A stretch of 64,000 bases of DNA from NCBI GenBank assembly GCA_964016885.1, contig OZ024761.1:23560001-23624000 (forward strand). The letters run 5' to 3'. Origin of the DNA: Eledone cirrhosa (taxonomy: Eukaryota). The notes below the pieces were generated by a model, which saw nothing but the letters and a program-made list of their open reading frames with translations, had not been told where the DNA came from and did not search any database. The position numbers and the translations under genes are program-made. Shown one piece after another: positions 1 to 15,149 of this stretch (within the stretch, counting starts at the first letter, position 1; every line of letters starts with the position of its first letter).

Positions 1-610
1 TAGATATATGCTTGTACGTGTGTATGTAGATATGTATGGATATAAGTATGTGTGTGTGTGTGGATGAACGACTATATATGTGTATGATGAGTGTATGTAT
101 GTGCATGTGTTTGTATACATATAGATATTTATGTATGTCTGTGTGTGTGTGTGTGTGTATGACTGTGTATGTGTGTATGTGTGTGTATGACTGTATGACT
201 CTGTGTGTATGTGTGTGAATGAATGTGTATGTGTGCGTATGTGTGAATGTGTATATGTGTTTATGACTGTGTGTGTGTGTGTGTATGACTGTGTATGAGT
301 ATCTATGTGTGTGAATGACTGTGTATGTGTGCGTACGACTATGTATGTGTGTGTATGAATGTGTATGTGTGTTTATGAATGTGTATGTGTGTATATGACT
401 GTGTATGAGTGTGTATGTGTGTGAATGACTGTGTATGAGTGTGTATGTGTGTGAATGACTGTGTTTATGACTGTGTATGTGTGTATATGACTGTGTATGA
501 CTGTATGAGTCTGTGTGTATGAGTGTGTATATGTGTGTATGACTGTGTATGTGTGTACGAGTCTGTATGAGTCTGTGTATGTATGTGTGTATGTGTGTAT
601 GAGTGTGATG
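1..610. repeat. Degenerate (TG)n/(TATG)n microsatellite
   Basis: Direct reading. The overlapping ORFs are repeat translations. Confidence 0.95.
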
Positions 611-754
611 CTATAATAAATTCTATTTACGCTAGACACCACAGACTGGTATTGAACCGAGACCTAAAGGTTGTCAAATGAACTGCTTACCCATTCCACT
701 GTTACTTCCACACCACATACATCTATATAGACACACACTAGGACCATAAGGTTT

Positions 755-2459
755 ACACACACACATCCACTTACACATATCCACTTGCACACACACACAT
801 CCACTCACACACACACACACATCCACTCACACACACATCCACTTGCACACACACACACATCCACTCACAAACACACACACACACATCCACTTGCACACAC
901 ACACATCCACTCACACACACACACACACATCCACTTGCACACACACACATCCACTCACACACACACACACATCCACTCACACACACATCCACTTGCACAC
1001 ACACACACACATCCACTCACACACACACACACACATCCACTTGCACACACACACATCCACTCACACACACACACACACACATCCACTTGCACACACACAC
1101 ATATCCACTTGCATACACACACATCCACTCACACACACACACACACATCCACTTGCACACACACACATCCACTCACACACACACACTCCACTTGCACACA
1201 CACACATATCCACTTGCATACACACACATCCACTCACACACACACACACACACAACATATCCACTTGCACACACACACACATCCACTCATCCACTTACAC
1301 ACACACACACATCCACATACACACACATATCCACTTGCACACGACACACACATCCACTCATCCACTTACACACACATACACACACACATCCACGTACACA
1401 CACATATCCACTTGCACACACACACATCCACTCACACACACACAACCTTTCTCTTCTCTCCCTCTCTCTGCCCCTCTCGCCCTCTCTCCCCCACTCTCCC
1501 TCCACTCTCCTCCCTCCTTCCCCCCTCTATCTCCCCCTCTTTACCCCACTCTCTACCCCTCTCTCCCCCATTCTCCCTCTCCCTCTCTCCCTCCATTCTC
1601 TCCCTCCCTCTCCCTCTCTCCCTCTCCCTCTCTCCCACTCGCTCCCCATTCTCTCTCTCCCCACTCGCTCCCGCCACTCTCTCTCTCCCAATCTCCCTCT
1701 CCCACTCTCCTCTCTTTCTCTCCCACTCTCCTCTCTTTCTCTCCCACTCTCCTCTCTTTCTCTCTCCCTCTCTCTCTCCCCACTCTCCTCTCTTTCTCTC
1801 TCTCTCACACACACTTTTTCTCTCTCTCTCATCCCCTCACTTTTTCTCTCTCTCTCACCTCCCTCACTCTCACTCCCTCACTCCCTCACTCCCCTCACTC
1901 TCACTCCCTCACTCACTCACTCACTCACTCACTCACTCACTCACTCACATCACTCACCTCACTCACTCACTTCCTCACTCACTTCCTCACTCACTCACTC
2001 CCTCACTCACTCCCTCACTCACTCCCTCACTCACTCTCCCTCACTCCCTCACTCACTCCCTCACTCACCCACTCACTCCCTCCTCCCTCACTCACTCACT
2101 CACTCACTCACTCACTCACTCTCTCTCTCTCTCTCTCACTCACTCACTCACTCACTCACTCACTCACTCACTCACTCACTCACTCACTCACTCACTCACT
2201 CACTCCCTCTCACTCTCTCACTCCTTCTGTCATATACACACACGCAGGAACACACACATACACACTCGCACACACATGCGCAAGAACACATATACCCACA
2301 CACTCACACACACACATGCATACACACAGACATGCTTTAATTGTTTATATCTTCCAATCTCTCTCTCTCTATATATATATATATACATACATACATACAT
2401 ATATACATGCATGCATACATACATACGTGTATGCATGCATGCATACATACATACATACA

Positions 2460-2490
<31 letters not shown>
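755..2490. repeat. Compound (CA)n punctuated by ATCCACT, then (CT)n/(CACT)n and (CATA)n
   Basis: Direct reading. Explains the 587/559/417-aa HT/SL-rich ORFs. Confidence 0.95.
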
Positions 2491-2492
<2 letters not shown>

Positions 2493-2499
2493 GTGTGTG

Positions 2500-2618
2500 T
2501 ATTCCAGGTTCAATTGGAGTAAGGTACTCAATACATAGCAGAGTATAAATATTTAATATAGGGCTTTCCTCATGATTTCCGTCGAATGAAACAGTTCTAG
2601 TCCTGTAGAAGCCATCTC
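2500..2618. mobile_element. PLE-like remnant (family of 39970-40175) with mutated hammerhead core
   Basis: 2500-2555 is the reverse complement of the 40110-40175 tail. 2561-2613 reads gggctttcCTCATGAtttccgtcgaatGAAAcagttctagtcctGTAgaagcc, with the core CTGATGA changed to CTCATGA. Confidence 0.65.
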
Positions 2619-2699
2619 TATCTATCTATCTATCTCTCTTTCTCTCTCTCTCTATCTATCTCTCTCTCTTTCTCTCTCTCTCTCTTCTCTCTCTCTCTC

Positions 2700-2767
<68 letters not shown>

Positions 2768-2778
2768 ATCTCTCTCTT

Positions 2779-2810
<32 letters not shown>

Positions 2811-2869
2811 CTTCTTTCTCTCCCTCTCTCTTCTCTCTCTCTCTCTTTCTCTCCCTCTCTCTTCTCTCT

Positions 2870-2943
<74 letters not shown>

Positions 2944-3020
2944 TATATATATATATTATATATATATAAAACCATGCTAGCGTGGAAAAACTGACGTTAA
3001 ACTAAATTGATGATATATAC

Positions 3021-3053
<33 letters not shown>

Positions 3054-3310
3054 CATATGCACGCATGTATACACACTTCAACAGTATTCTCATCAAAGTA
3101 TGTATATATTTTGAGGGAGACTATATATATATATACATATACAGGGGTGGGAAGTAAACGGCAAACAAGACAGCAAACAATACATAAGCCGCTTATTGTG
3201 ATCATGTTGATACGAAAGGTTTTATGTAATAACAATAGCCGGCTGATGATATTAACTAAACTGTAGAGGAATGTCCAGAACGTGTGTGGGACATATTTCA
3301 TTCTGATACC

Positions 3311-3379
<69 letters not shown>

Positions 3380-3452
3380 AAGGGTCGATAAAATAAAGTA
3401 CCAGTAATGCACTGGATTAATTTCTGGCCTTGTGCCAAAAATAGAAACGATT
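3380..3452 (+). mobile_element. SINE family B 3' fragment
   Basis: gggtcgataaaataaagtaccagt...ctggccttgtgccaaaaatagaaac matches the 3' half of the 20693-20918 and 22455-22648 copies. Confidence 0.7.
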
Positions 3453-3564
3453 ATATATATAGTTGTGTGTGTATCTGTTTGTATGTGTAATGTCCAATGC
3501 ATATATATATATATGTGTGTATATATATATACACATATTGCATAATGACTTAATATAATACAAG

Positions 3565-3621
<57 letters not shown>

Positions 3622-3658
3622 GCCTCTATATACGCCTATATATATGTGTGTGTGTGTG

Positions 3659-3699
<41 letters not shown>

Positions 3700-3761
3700 A
3701 TATGTATATGTATATATATATATGTATGTGTATATATATATGTGTGTATATATATGCATAT

Positions 3762-3975
3762 AAGGTATATAAATATTGAGTCTTGTCATATCTTATTCAT
3801 GACTGAATCTTAACCATCTACTAAGTCAGGGTATGTCATGCATCATCTTATTTTATCTGATGAGGACGTACTGTTGAAGATAGCTCAGTACCTCTGAAAT
3901 ATGTATAATAAAATATACTTGATATATATACAAATATACACGAATGTCTATATTTGTTAATATTTTGAATTAATA
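3762..3975 (+). mobile_element. PLE-like pseudo-LTR fragment (family of 22663 and 41032) in TA-rich repeat
   Basis: Near-identical to 22760-22965 and 41133-41337. Contains a hammerhead. Confidence 0.75.
3849..3915 (+). ncRNA. Type I minimal hammerhead ribozyme
   Basis: Stem I tattttat/ataaaata, CTGATGA (3857), stem II gg..gtactg/cagtac.ctc, GAAA (3896), near-palindromic stem III ATATGTAT, cleavage triplet AUA. Confidence 0.75.
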
Positions 3976-4249
3976 CATATATATATGTCCGTGTATATGT
4001 ATGTACCATACATTCTGGATTTACCAGCCCCCCCCCCTCCCCTCCCCCACTCACTCCCCCTATTCCCTCCCCCCCTCCATATGTTATCCCCCACCGCACT
4101 CCCCCTGCCCCCTCCACATGTTATCCCCCTCCCCCTATCGTTGTTCCACAGACGTTTTTGTCGTAGCTCTATAGCACAGATTTGTTTTACATTGTACAGC
4201 ACTGTCGTCTTGGAATACTGGCTTGGCACCAATTATGTCCTGTGTAGTA

Positions 4250-4852
4250 CATGTGTGTGTTGTGTGTGTGTTGTGTGTGTTGTGTGAGTGTTGTGTGTGT
4301 TGTGTGTGTTGTGTGTGTTGTGTTGTGGATGTGTGTTGTGGATGTGATGTGTGTGTTGTGTTGTGGATGTGTGTTGTGGATGTGATGTGTGTGTTGTGTT
4401 GTGTTGTGTTGTGTTGTGGATGTGTGTGTGTGATGTGGATGTGGATGTGGCTGTGTGTGTGTGTGTTGTGTATGTGGCTGTGTGTGTGTGTTGTGGATGT
4501 GTGTGTGGCTGTGTGTGTGTGTTGTGGATGTGTGGATGTGTGTGGATGTGTGTGTGGCTGTGGCTGTGTTGTGGATGTGTGGATGTGTGTGTATGTGTTG
4601 TGGATGTATGTGTTGTGGATATTGTGGCTGTGTGTGTGTGTGTGTATGTGGCTGTGTGTGTGTTGTGGATGTGTGTGTGGCTGTGTGTATGTTGTGGATG
4701 TGTGCGTGGCTGTGGCTGTGTTGTGGATGTGTGGATGTGTGTGTATGTGTTGTGGATGTATGTGTTGTGGATGTGTGTGTTGTGGATGTGTGTGTTGTGG
4801 ATGTGTGTGTGTTGTGTGGCTGCGTGTGTGTGTTGTTGTTGTATGTGTGTGG

Positions 4853-4895
<43 letters not shown>
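4250..4895. repeat. (TG)n-based degenerate minisatellite (tgttgtgga/tggctg variants)
   Basis: Direct reading. Confidence 0.95.
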
Positions 4896-4896
<1 letters not shown>

Positions 4897-4965
4897 CGCG
4901 CTATGTGGCTGTGTGATTTACACACACGTACTGAGATATATACATATGTACACTCACACACATAC

Positions 4966-5016
<51 letters not shown>

Positions 5017-5019
<3 letters not shown>

Positions 5020-5210
5020 CAAAGGAAGTGTGGTAAGGAACCAGATGGACCATAACGCACCAGAGTACTCAATAAATAGGGTAGTAGCGTGGGTAATAGG
5101 AAAAAGTATGACCCCGACGGCAGAGCTCAAGCCGTTTCGACGGCTATTTCTGGACTAGAAATAGCCGTCGAAACGGCTTGAGCTCTGCCGTCGGGGTCAT
5201 ACTTTCTCCT

Positions 5211-5212
<2 letters not shown>
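5017..5212 (-). mobile_element. Palindromic (TA)n-embedded element, subfamily A
   Basis: 56-bp inverted arms at 5096-5151 and 5157-5212 (1 mismatch), loop ggact, about 80-bp one-sided tail at 5017-5095, TA repeats on both sides. Confidence 0.9.
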
Positions 5213-5254
<42 letters not shown>

Positions 5255-5356
5255 CTAGAGAGAGAGATGGATAGATTTACAGATAGAGAGAGACAGAGAT
5301 AGATAGACAGACAGATAGAGAGAGAGAGAGTAAGATAGAGGGAGAGAAAGAGATAC

Positions 5357-5399
<43 letters not shown>

Positions 5400-5699
5400 T
5401 GGATGGAGAGATAGATAGATAGATAGATAGATAGAGGGAGAGAAAGAGATAGGCATAGAGATAGAGAGATAAATAGATAAATAGATAGATAGATCGATAG
5501 ATCGATATACATATATAACCGGTTGACAGAAGGATTATTGAGAAAAATTGAAATTTCAAATGTTGTCGTCCCAACGAAAGGATTATAATAAACATAATGA
5601 TTGACTATTAGTACCAGTAATACACTGGGTTATTGCTGGCCTTGTGCCTAAAGTAGAAACAATTATTACTATAGTAATTTGTAGTGAAAAAGCTAGATT

Positions 5700-7365
<1,666 letters not shown>

Positions 7366-7432
7366 TATAGCTCATATTAAGATAGAAATTGACCAACTTA
7401 CGGATGAGTTTAATGTTCCGCTCCGTAACAGT

Positions 7433-7435
7433 GTT

Positions 7436-7467
<32 letters not shown>

Positions 7468-8410
7468 TGTAGTAGTAGTAGTAGTAGTGTTGGTAGTAGT
7501 AGTACTAGTAGTAGTAGTAATCGCAGTAGTAGTGGTTGTGGTAGTATTAGTACTTGTTGTAGTAGTGGTAGTAGTAGTAGCGGTGGTTGTAGTAGTGGTG
7601 GTAGTAGTAGTTGTAGTAGTGGTGGTAGTAGTAGTTGTTGTAGTTGTGGTTGTAGTAGTAGCGGTGGTTGTAGTAGTGGTGGTTGTAGTAGAAGTAGTAG
7701 TAGTAGTAGTGGTGGTGGTTGTACTAGTTGTAGTAGTAGTTGTGGTTGTAGTAGTAGTGGTGTTTGTAGTAGTAGCGGCGGTTGTAGTAGTAGTGGTGGT
7801 TGTAGTAGTTGTAGTAGTGGTTGTAGTAGTGGTAGTAGTTGTAGCGGTGGTTGTAGTAGTGGTGGTGGTAGTAGTAGTTGTAGTAGTAGTTGTAGTAGTT
7901 GTAGCGGTGGTTGTAGTAGTGGTGATGGTAGTAGTAGTTGTAGTAGTAGTTGTGGCTATACTAGTATGTAGTGTTTGTAGTAGTAGCGGTGGTTGTAGTA
8001 GAAGTAGTAGTAGTAGTGGTGGTGGTTGTGGTTGGAGTAGTAGTAGTAGTAGTTGTTGTAGTAGTGGTTGTAGTTGTAGTAGCGGTTGTAGTTGTAGTGG
8101 TTGTTGTGGTTGTAGTAGAAGTAGTAGTGGTGGTGGTTGTGGTTGTAGTAGAAGTAGTAGTGGTGGTGGTTGTGGTTGTAGTAGTAGTAGTAGTAGTAGT
8201 AGTAGTTGTTGTAGTAGTGGTTGTAGTTGTAGTAGCGGTTGTAGTTGTAGTGGTTGTTGTGGTTGTAGTAGAAGTAGTAGTGGTGGTGGTTGTGGTTGTA
8301 GTAGAAGTAGTAGTGGTGGTGGTTGTGGTTGTAGTAGTAGTAGTAGTAGTAGTAGTAGTTGTTGTAGTAGTGGTTGTAGTTGTAGTAGTGGTTGTAGTTG
8401 TAGTGGTTGT
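7433..8410. repeat. (GTA/GTG/GTT)n trinucleotide array with higher-order duplication
   Basis: Direct reading. Source of the poly-V/poly-T ORFs. Confidence 0.95.
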
Positions 8411-8494
8411 TGTCCTTGACGATGACAACAGCGGACTGCTGTCTATTCTGGACAGTACAGGAGACGGGAATGTTTCGTAATGAACAACGTGTAT

Positions 8495-9700
8495 GGACTG
8501 TGTGTGTAGTGTGTGTGTGTAGTGTGTGTGTAGTGTGTGTGTGTAGTGTGTGTGTGTAGTGTGTGTGTAGTGTGTGTGTGTGTAGTGTGTGTGTGTGTGT
8601 AGTGTGTGTGTCGGACTGTGTGTGTGTACGTGTGTGCACGTGTGTGTGTGTGTAGTGTGTGTGTGTCGTGTGTAGTGTGTGTGTGTGTAGTGTGTCGGAC
8701 TGTGTGTGTGTACGTGTGTGTGTACGTGTGTGTAGTGTGTCGGACTCTGTGTGTCTGTACGTGTGTCGGACGGACTGTGTGTGTGTGTAGTGTGTCGGAC
8801 TGTGTGTGTGTACGTGTGTCTGTTGGATTGTGCGTGTGTAGTGTGTCGGACTGTGTGTGTGTAGTGTGTCGGACTGTGTGTATGTAGTGTGTGTGTGTGT
8901 ACGTGTATCTGTCGGACTGTGTGTGTGTACGTGTAGGGACTGTGTGTGTGTGTAGTGTGTCGGACTGTGTGTGTGTACGTGTGTCTGTTGGATTGTGCGT
9001 GTGTAGTGTGTCGGACTGTGTGTGTGTAGTGTGTGTGTGTGTACGTGTGTAGTGTGTGTGTGTGTGTGTGTACGTGTGTCTGTCGGACTGTGTGTGTGTA
9101 GTGTGTCGGACTGTGTGTGTGTGTGTGTGTACGTGTGTCTGTCGGACTGTGTGTGTGTAGTGTGTCGGACTGTGTGTATGTAGTGTGTGTGTGTGTACGT
9201 GTATCTGTCGGACTGTGTGTGTGTACGTGTAGGGACTGTGTGTGTGTACGTGTAGGGACTGTGTGTGTGTGTAGTGTGTCGGACTGTGTGTGTGTACGTG
9301 TGTCGGTCTGTGTGTGTGTGTGTGTCGGACTGTGTGTGTGTACGTGTGTGTAGTGTGTGTGTGTGTGTGCGTGTCGGACTGTGTGCGTGTGTCGGACTGT
9401 GTGCGTGTGTCGGACTGTGTGTGTGTGTGTGTAGTGTGTGTGTGTGCGTGTGTCGGACTGTGTGTAGTGTGTGTGTCGGACTGTGTGTGTGTGTAGTGTG
9501 TGTGTGTGCGTGTGTCGGACTGTGTGTAGTGTGTGTGTCGGACTGTGTGTGTCGGACTGTGTGTGTCGGACTGTGTGTAGTGTGTGTGTCGGACTGTGTG
9601 TGTCGGACTGTGTGTGTGTGTCGGACTGTGTGTTGTGTGTGTGTGTGTGTCGGACTGTGTGTAGTGTGTGGATTCTGTGTGTGTGTGTATGCGTTCAGTG
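8495..9700. repeat. (GT)n minisatellite punctuated by CGGACT
   Basis: Recurrent gtgtcggactgtgtg unit. Confidence 0.95.
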
Positions 9701-9965
9701 TATGTGTAAGCGTAGTGAACTGTGTACGCGTGTACGACGTGTGTGTAGATTGTGTACTGTGTGTGTATGTGTTGGTGGTAGTAGTGGTAGTGTTGGTAGT
9801 GGTTGTAGTGTTGGTGGTAGTAGTGGTAGTGTTGGTAGTAGTAGTAGTGGTAGTAGTAGTAGTAGTAGTAGTGGTTGTAGTGTTGGTGGTAGTAGTGGTA
9901 GTAGTAGTATGGTAGTAGTAGTAGTAGTAGTAGTGGTTGTAGTGTTGGTGGTAGTAGTGGTAGTG

Positions 9966-9996
<31 letters not shown>

Positions 9997-10754
9997 TATT
10001 GGTGGTAGTATTGGTGGTGTAGAAAGCGCTAGTTTTTGTTTTCAATATTAGTAGTAGTAGTGGTAATAGTACAGGTAACGTTGTATGTCGTGTCTGATGA
10101 TTTCAGTAGTTGGGGTGCTAGTATGATGTTGTGGTAGTAGTTGCGGTGCTAGTATAAGATGTTGTGGTGGCTGCGGTAGTAGTAGTAGTAGTAGTTGCGG
10201 TATAGGATGTAGTTGTGACCGTCGGTTTGTTTGTAGTAGCGGCTATAGTAGTATATAGTGTGGTGCCCGTGTGTTGTTATGGTTGTAGTATATATGTCAG
10301 TAGTAGTATATGTTCTAGTATTGTAGTGGTGCTGAAAGCAGTGTGTGTGTGTGTGTAGTATTGGCTGTAGTATTGTAGTGGTGTTTATAGCGATATCCGT
10401 GTATTGTAGCAGTTGACAACTGTTGTTGTTATGGTTGTAGTATGAGTGGTAGTATTCTGGTGGTGTTTAAAGCAGTGTGTATGTATGTCAATTGTTTGGG
10501 TTGTAGTATTGTAGTTTATAGCGGTGTTTGTATATTGTAGTACAGGTTGTAGCGGTTGACAACTGTTGTTGTTATGGTTGTAGTGGTTGTACCAGTAGTA
10601 TAGCTGGTAGTATTGCAATTCTGGTAACACTGTGTGTGTGTGTGTCTGTAGTACTGGCTGTAGTATTGTAGTGGTATTTATAGCGGTGTCTGTGTTTGTA
10701 GTAGTAGCTGTAATATAGTCGTGCAGGTGCTTGTAGCTGTATCTCTGTCCATAG

Positions 10755-11240
10755 TATAGGCTCTAGTATTGTAGTGGTGTTTCGAACAGTGTGTGAGACT
10801 GCAGTATCGGCTCTAGTATTGTAGTGGTGTTTCGAACAGTGTGTGAGACTATAGTATAGGATGTAGTATTGTAGTGGTGTTTAAAACAGTGTGAGAGTGT
10901 GTGTGTATCCGTGGTATAGGATATAGTACCATAGAGGTGGTGTTTACATTTGTAGTCCAGGCTGTAGTATTGTAGTGGTGGTGGTGGTTGTAGCTACGTT
11001 TACATTTGTAGTCCAGGCTGTAGTATAGTAGTGGTGGTTGTAGCGGTGTTTACATTTGTAGTCCAGGCTGTAGTATTGTAGTGGTGGTGGTGGTGGTTGT
11101 AGCGGTGTTTACATTTATAGTCCAGACTGTAGTATAGTAGTGGTGGTAGTGGTAGTTGTAGCGGTGTTTACATTTGTAGTCCAGGCTGTAGTATTGTAGT
11201 GGTGGTGGTGGTACCGGTGTTTACATTTGTAGTTCAGGTG
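10755..11240. repeat. Minisatellites: about 51-bp unit x3, then about 55-65-bp unit (gtttacatttgtagtccaggctgtagtattgtagtggtg) x6
   Basis: Tandem units read directly. Confidence 0.85.
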
Positions 11241-11559
11241 GTAGTATAGTAGTGGTGGTAGCATCGTGGATAGGGTATGGGGAGTAGGGTGGGGTTAATT
11301 AGCTGTGGTACATGTGATAGTTTTGCGGTGTGATATTTGGTTTTAATAGTAGTAGCGGTAGTAGTAGCGGTAGTAGTAGTAGTTTTGACATACGTACCGA
11401 CTGCTGTTATAGCTGTAGTACTAATAAAGATTGGTGTTGGTGGTGGTGGTGGTGGTGGTGGTGGTGGTGGTGGTGGTGGTGGTGGTGGTGGTGCTTGTGT
11501 CTGTTGTAGTAGTAGTGGTGGGTGGTGTGGTGAAGGAGAACTGCTGTTGATGTTCAAGT

Positions 11560-11563
11560 AGTG

Positions 11564-11599
<36 letters not shown>

Positions 11600-11605
11600 A
11601 TAGTG

Positions 11606-11638
<33 letters not shown>

Positions 11639-12059
11639 ATAGTGGTAATAGTGGTTGTAGTAGTAGTGGTAGTAATAGTAGTAGTGGTAGTAGTGGTAGC
11701 AGTGATATAGAAGCAGCTACCTGTTGTATTTGAGCTGCAGTAGTTTCGGCGCTGGGTACATGTGTTCAGTAATAGTAGTAGTATTGGTGGTGGTAGTAGT
11801 GGTGGTGGTAGTAGTGGTGGTGGTAGTAGTGGTGGTGGTAATAGTAGTAGTGGTGGTGGTGGTAGTGGTGGTGGTAGTAGTAGTAGTGGTGGTAGTAGTA
11901 GTGGTGGTGGTAGTAGTAGTGGTGGTAGTAGTAGTAGTGGTGGTAGTAGTGGTGGTGGTGGTAGTGGTGGTGGTAGTAGTAGTAGTAGCAGTAATAGTAG
12001 TTGTGGTAGTAGTAGTGGTCGTAATAGTAGTAGTAATACTAGTAGTAATAGTAGTAGTG

Positions 12060-12113
<54 letters not shown>

Positions 12114-12149
12114 ATACTAGTAGTAATAGTAGTAGTGGTAGTAGTAGTG

Positions 12150-12204
<55 letters not shown>

Positions 12205-12343
12205 CGATGGTAGTAGTGGTGGTGGTGGTGGTAGTAGTGGTAGTGGTGGTGGGGTAGTAGTAGTGGTGGTAGTGGTAGAGGTGGTGGTGATGGTAGTAGT
12301 AGTAGTAGAAGTAGTGGTAGAAGTGGTGGTAGTAGTGGTTGTG

Positions 12344-12380
<37 letters not shown>
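11560..12380. repeat. (GTA/GTG)n array
   Basis: Direct reading. Confidence 0.95.
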
Positions 12381-12381
<1 letters not shown>

Positions 12382-12429
12382 CCCGTTTATAAAATCTAGC
12401 CCATGAGTTTTTTGGGGGAGGTTTTTTCA

Positions 12430-13200
12430 CGGAGAGAGACTGGAGACGGGAGAGACTCTAGACGAGAGAGAAGACACGAGACGTGAGACGACTGAGAAAA
12501 AACACGTGACGAGAGAGATGTGAGACCAGAGGAGAGAGACACGAGAGAGAAGACACGAGACGTGAGACGAGAGAGATGTGAGACGTGACGAGATTGGAGA
12601 CGAGAGAGAGACATGAAACAAGACGAGACGAGAGAGACGTAAGACGAGAGAGACGTAAGACGAAAGTGTCGTGAGGCGAGAGAGATGTAAGACGAGAGTG
12701 TCGTGAGACAAGAGAGAGGTTGAAGTTGAGACAGACGTGAGACAAGACGAGATTGTAGACGCGATGAGACGTGAAACAAGAAAGACGTGAGACAAGAGAG
12801 AGATGTGAGAGAGATTGAAGGTGAGTGAGACGTGTGACCAAACGAGATTGGAGACGAGATGAGACGTAAATCGAGAAAGACGTGAGACAAGAGAGAGACT
12901 GGGGACGAGAGAGAGATTGAAGGTGAGAGAGACGTGTGACCAGACGAGATTGGAGACGAGATGAGACGTGAGGCGAGAGTGTCGTGAGACAAGAGAGAGA
13001 TTGAAGGTGAGAAAGACGTGAGACAAGACGGCATTGGAGACGAGATGAGACCTGAGACGAGAGAGATATGAGACGAGACGTGAGACGAGAGAGAGATTGA
13101 AGGTGAGAGAGACGTATGATACTCGATGCGAGAGAGTTTAGAGACGTGAGAGACACTCGAGCGAGAAGAAATTCTAGACGAGAGACACTCGAGACTAGAG
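12430..13200. repeat. GAGAC-pentamer-based complex satellite with higher-order units
   Basis: Recurrent gagacgtgagacaagagagaga, gattgaaggtgaga and gagattggagacgag blocks. Confidence 0.85.
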
Positions 13201-13361
13201 TCTCTCCCCCCTCTCTCTCACTCTCCCCCCCCCCCTATCTCACTCTCCCCCCGTCTCTCTCTCCCCCTCTCTCTCTCCCCCCTCTCTCTCTCCCCCCGTC
13301 TCTCTCTCCCCCTCTCTCTCCCCCTCTCTCTCTCTCCCCCCTCTCCCTCTCTCTCTCCCTT

Positions 13362-13395
<34 letters not shown>

Positions 13396-13535
13396 CCTCT
13401 CTCACTCTCCGTTCTCACACTCTCTCTCCCTGTTTCTCTCCTTCTCTCTCATTCCTCCCCTTCTTCTTCATCCCTCTCTCACTCTCCTCACATATTTCTA
13501 CTTTTAATTATCCTTCAGACTTGTTGCTCATATTT

Positions 13536-13892
13536 ATGCCACTACTACTACCACCACCACCATTACTACTACTACTACCACCACTATCACCATCACTACT
13601 ACTACTACTAACACCACCACCACCACTACTACTACTACTATCACCACCACCACCACTACTAACACCACCACCACCACTACTACTACTACTACCACCACTA
13701 CCACTACTACTACTACTATCACTACTACTACTACTACTATCACCACCACTACCACTACTACTACTACTACTACCACCACCACCAATACTACAACCACTGC
13801 TACTACCACTACCACTACTACTACTACCACTACTACTACCACAACCACTACTACTACCACCACCACCACCACTACTACTACTACTACTACTG

Positions 13893-13923
<31 letters not shown>

Positions 13924-13984
13924 CACTACTACTACCACCACCACCACTACTACAACCACTACTACTACCACCACCACTACTACA

Positions 13985-14024
<40 letters not shown>

Positions 14025-14231
14025 TCACTACTACTACTACCACCACTACTACTACTACCACCACCACTGCTACTACTACCACCACCACTGTTACTAGTAC
14101 TACTACTATTGCTGCTACTACTATTACTACCATTACTGCTACGACTATTACTGCTTCTACTGTTGCTGCTACTATTACTACTAGTACTGCTACTACTACT
14201 ACTACTACTACTACTATTACTACTAGTACTG

Positions 14232-14273
<42 letters not shown>

Positions 14274-14290
14274 TTACTGCTACTGCTAAT
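13536..14290. repeat. (CTA/CCA)n array
   Basis: Direct reading. Source of the poly-L/P ORF. Confidence 0.95.
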
Positions 14291-14326
14291 ATAAACATTT
14301 TAAAATAAACAGTTTTATATTACAGA

Positions 14327-14852
14327 AGCAGGTGTATTCTCGTGTGGTTTGATATCAAAAAACCAGGTGTGTTCTCGTGTATTCTCGTGTGGTTTGATAT
14401 CAAAAAACCAGGTGTGGTCTCGTGTGATTTGATATCAAAGAACCAGGTGTGTTCTCGTGTATTCTCGTATGGTTTGATATCAAAGAACCAGGTGTGTTCT
14501 CGTGTAGTTTGATATCAAAAAACCAGGTGTGGTCTCGTGTGATTTGATATCAAAAAACCAGGTGTGTTCTCGTGTGGTTTGATATTAAAAAAACCAGGTG
14601 TGGTCTCGTGTGGTTTGATATCAAAGAACCAGGTGTGGTCTCGTGTATTCTCGTGTAGTTTGATATCAAAGAACCAGGTGTGGTCCGTGTGGTTTGATAT
14701 CAACGAACCAGGTGTGGTCTCGTGTGGTTTGATATCAAAGAAGCAGGTGTGGTCTCGTGTAGTTTGATATCAAAGAACCAGGTGTTTTCTCGTGTGATTT
14801 GATATCAAAAAACCAGGTGTGGTCTCAGGTAGTTTGGAATCAAAGAACAAGG
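14327..14852. repeat. 35-bp minisatellite (ccaggtgtggtctcgtgtggtttgatatcaaagaa), about 14 units
   Basis: Abutting units, some with an 11-bp internal duplication. Nearly every unit has the palindrome tttgatatcaaa. Confidence 0.92.
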
Positions 14853-15096
14853 TAGTGTACACGTGTCTGTGTGAATGAATAGTCAATTACGTACACGATA
14901 TCTTCATGGATTGAACCATCAGAGGTGAGCGACTAACTCAATGCTCGTCGTCGAAGGCGGTGGAGGATCCATCATAAAATGGGACGATGCTACTACGTCG
15001 ACGAAGAATACGTATAAATATCTTTCATCTATGGATTGTTTGTATAGAAATAAAGATAATGGACATTCGCTTTGGTCAGCAGTAAAATGTCCGAAC

Positions 15097-15132
<36 letters not shown>

Positions 15133-15149
15133 GTGTGTGTGTGTATGCG

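Noticed and set aside
785-2548. 587-aa and overlapping long ORFs
   Set aside because: These are translations of (CA)n/(CT)n/(CACT)n, open in all frames because the repeats lack stops.
11234-12430. Pro/Thr-rich minus-strand ORFs that look like low-complexity protein
   Set aside because: The frames are inconsistent, there is no domain and no convincing splice sites. The region is mostly trinucleotide repeat.
14327-14852. CRISPR-like 35-bp palindromic repeat
   Set aside because: No unique spacers, no cas genes, and a eukaryotic context.
14860-15095. Unique island with donor-like gag|gtgagc
   Set aside because: No frame on either strand has both an acceptor and a recognisable peptide.
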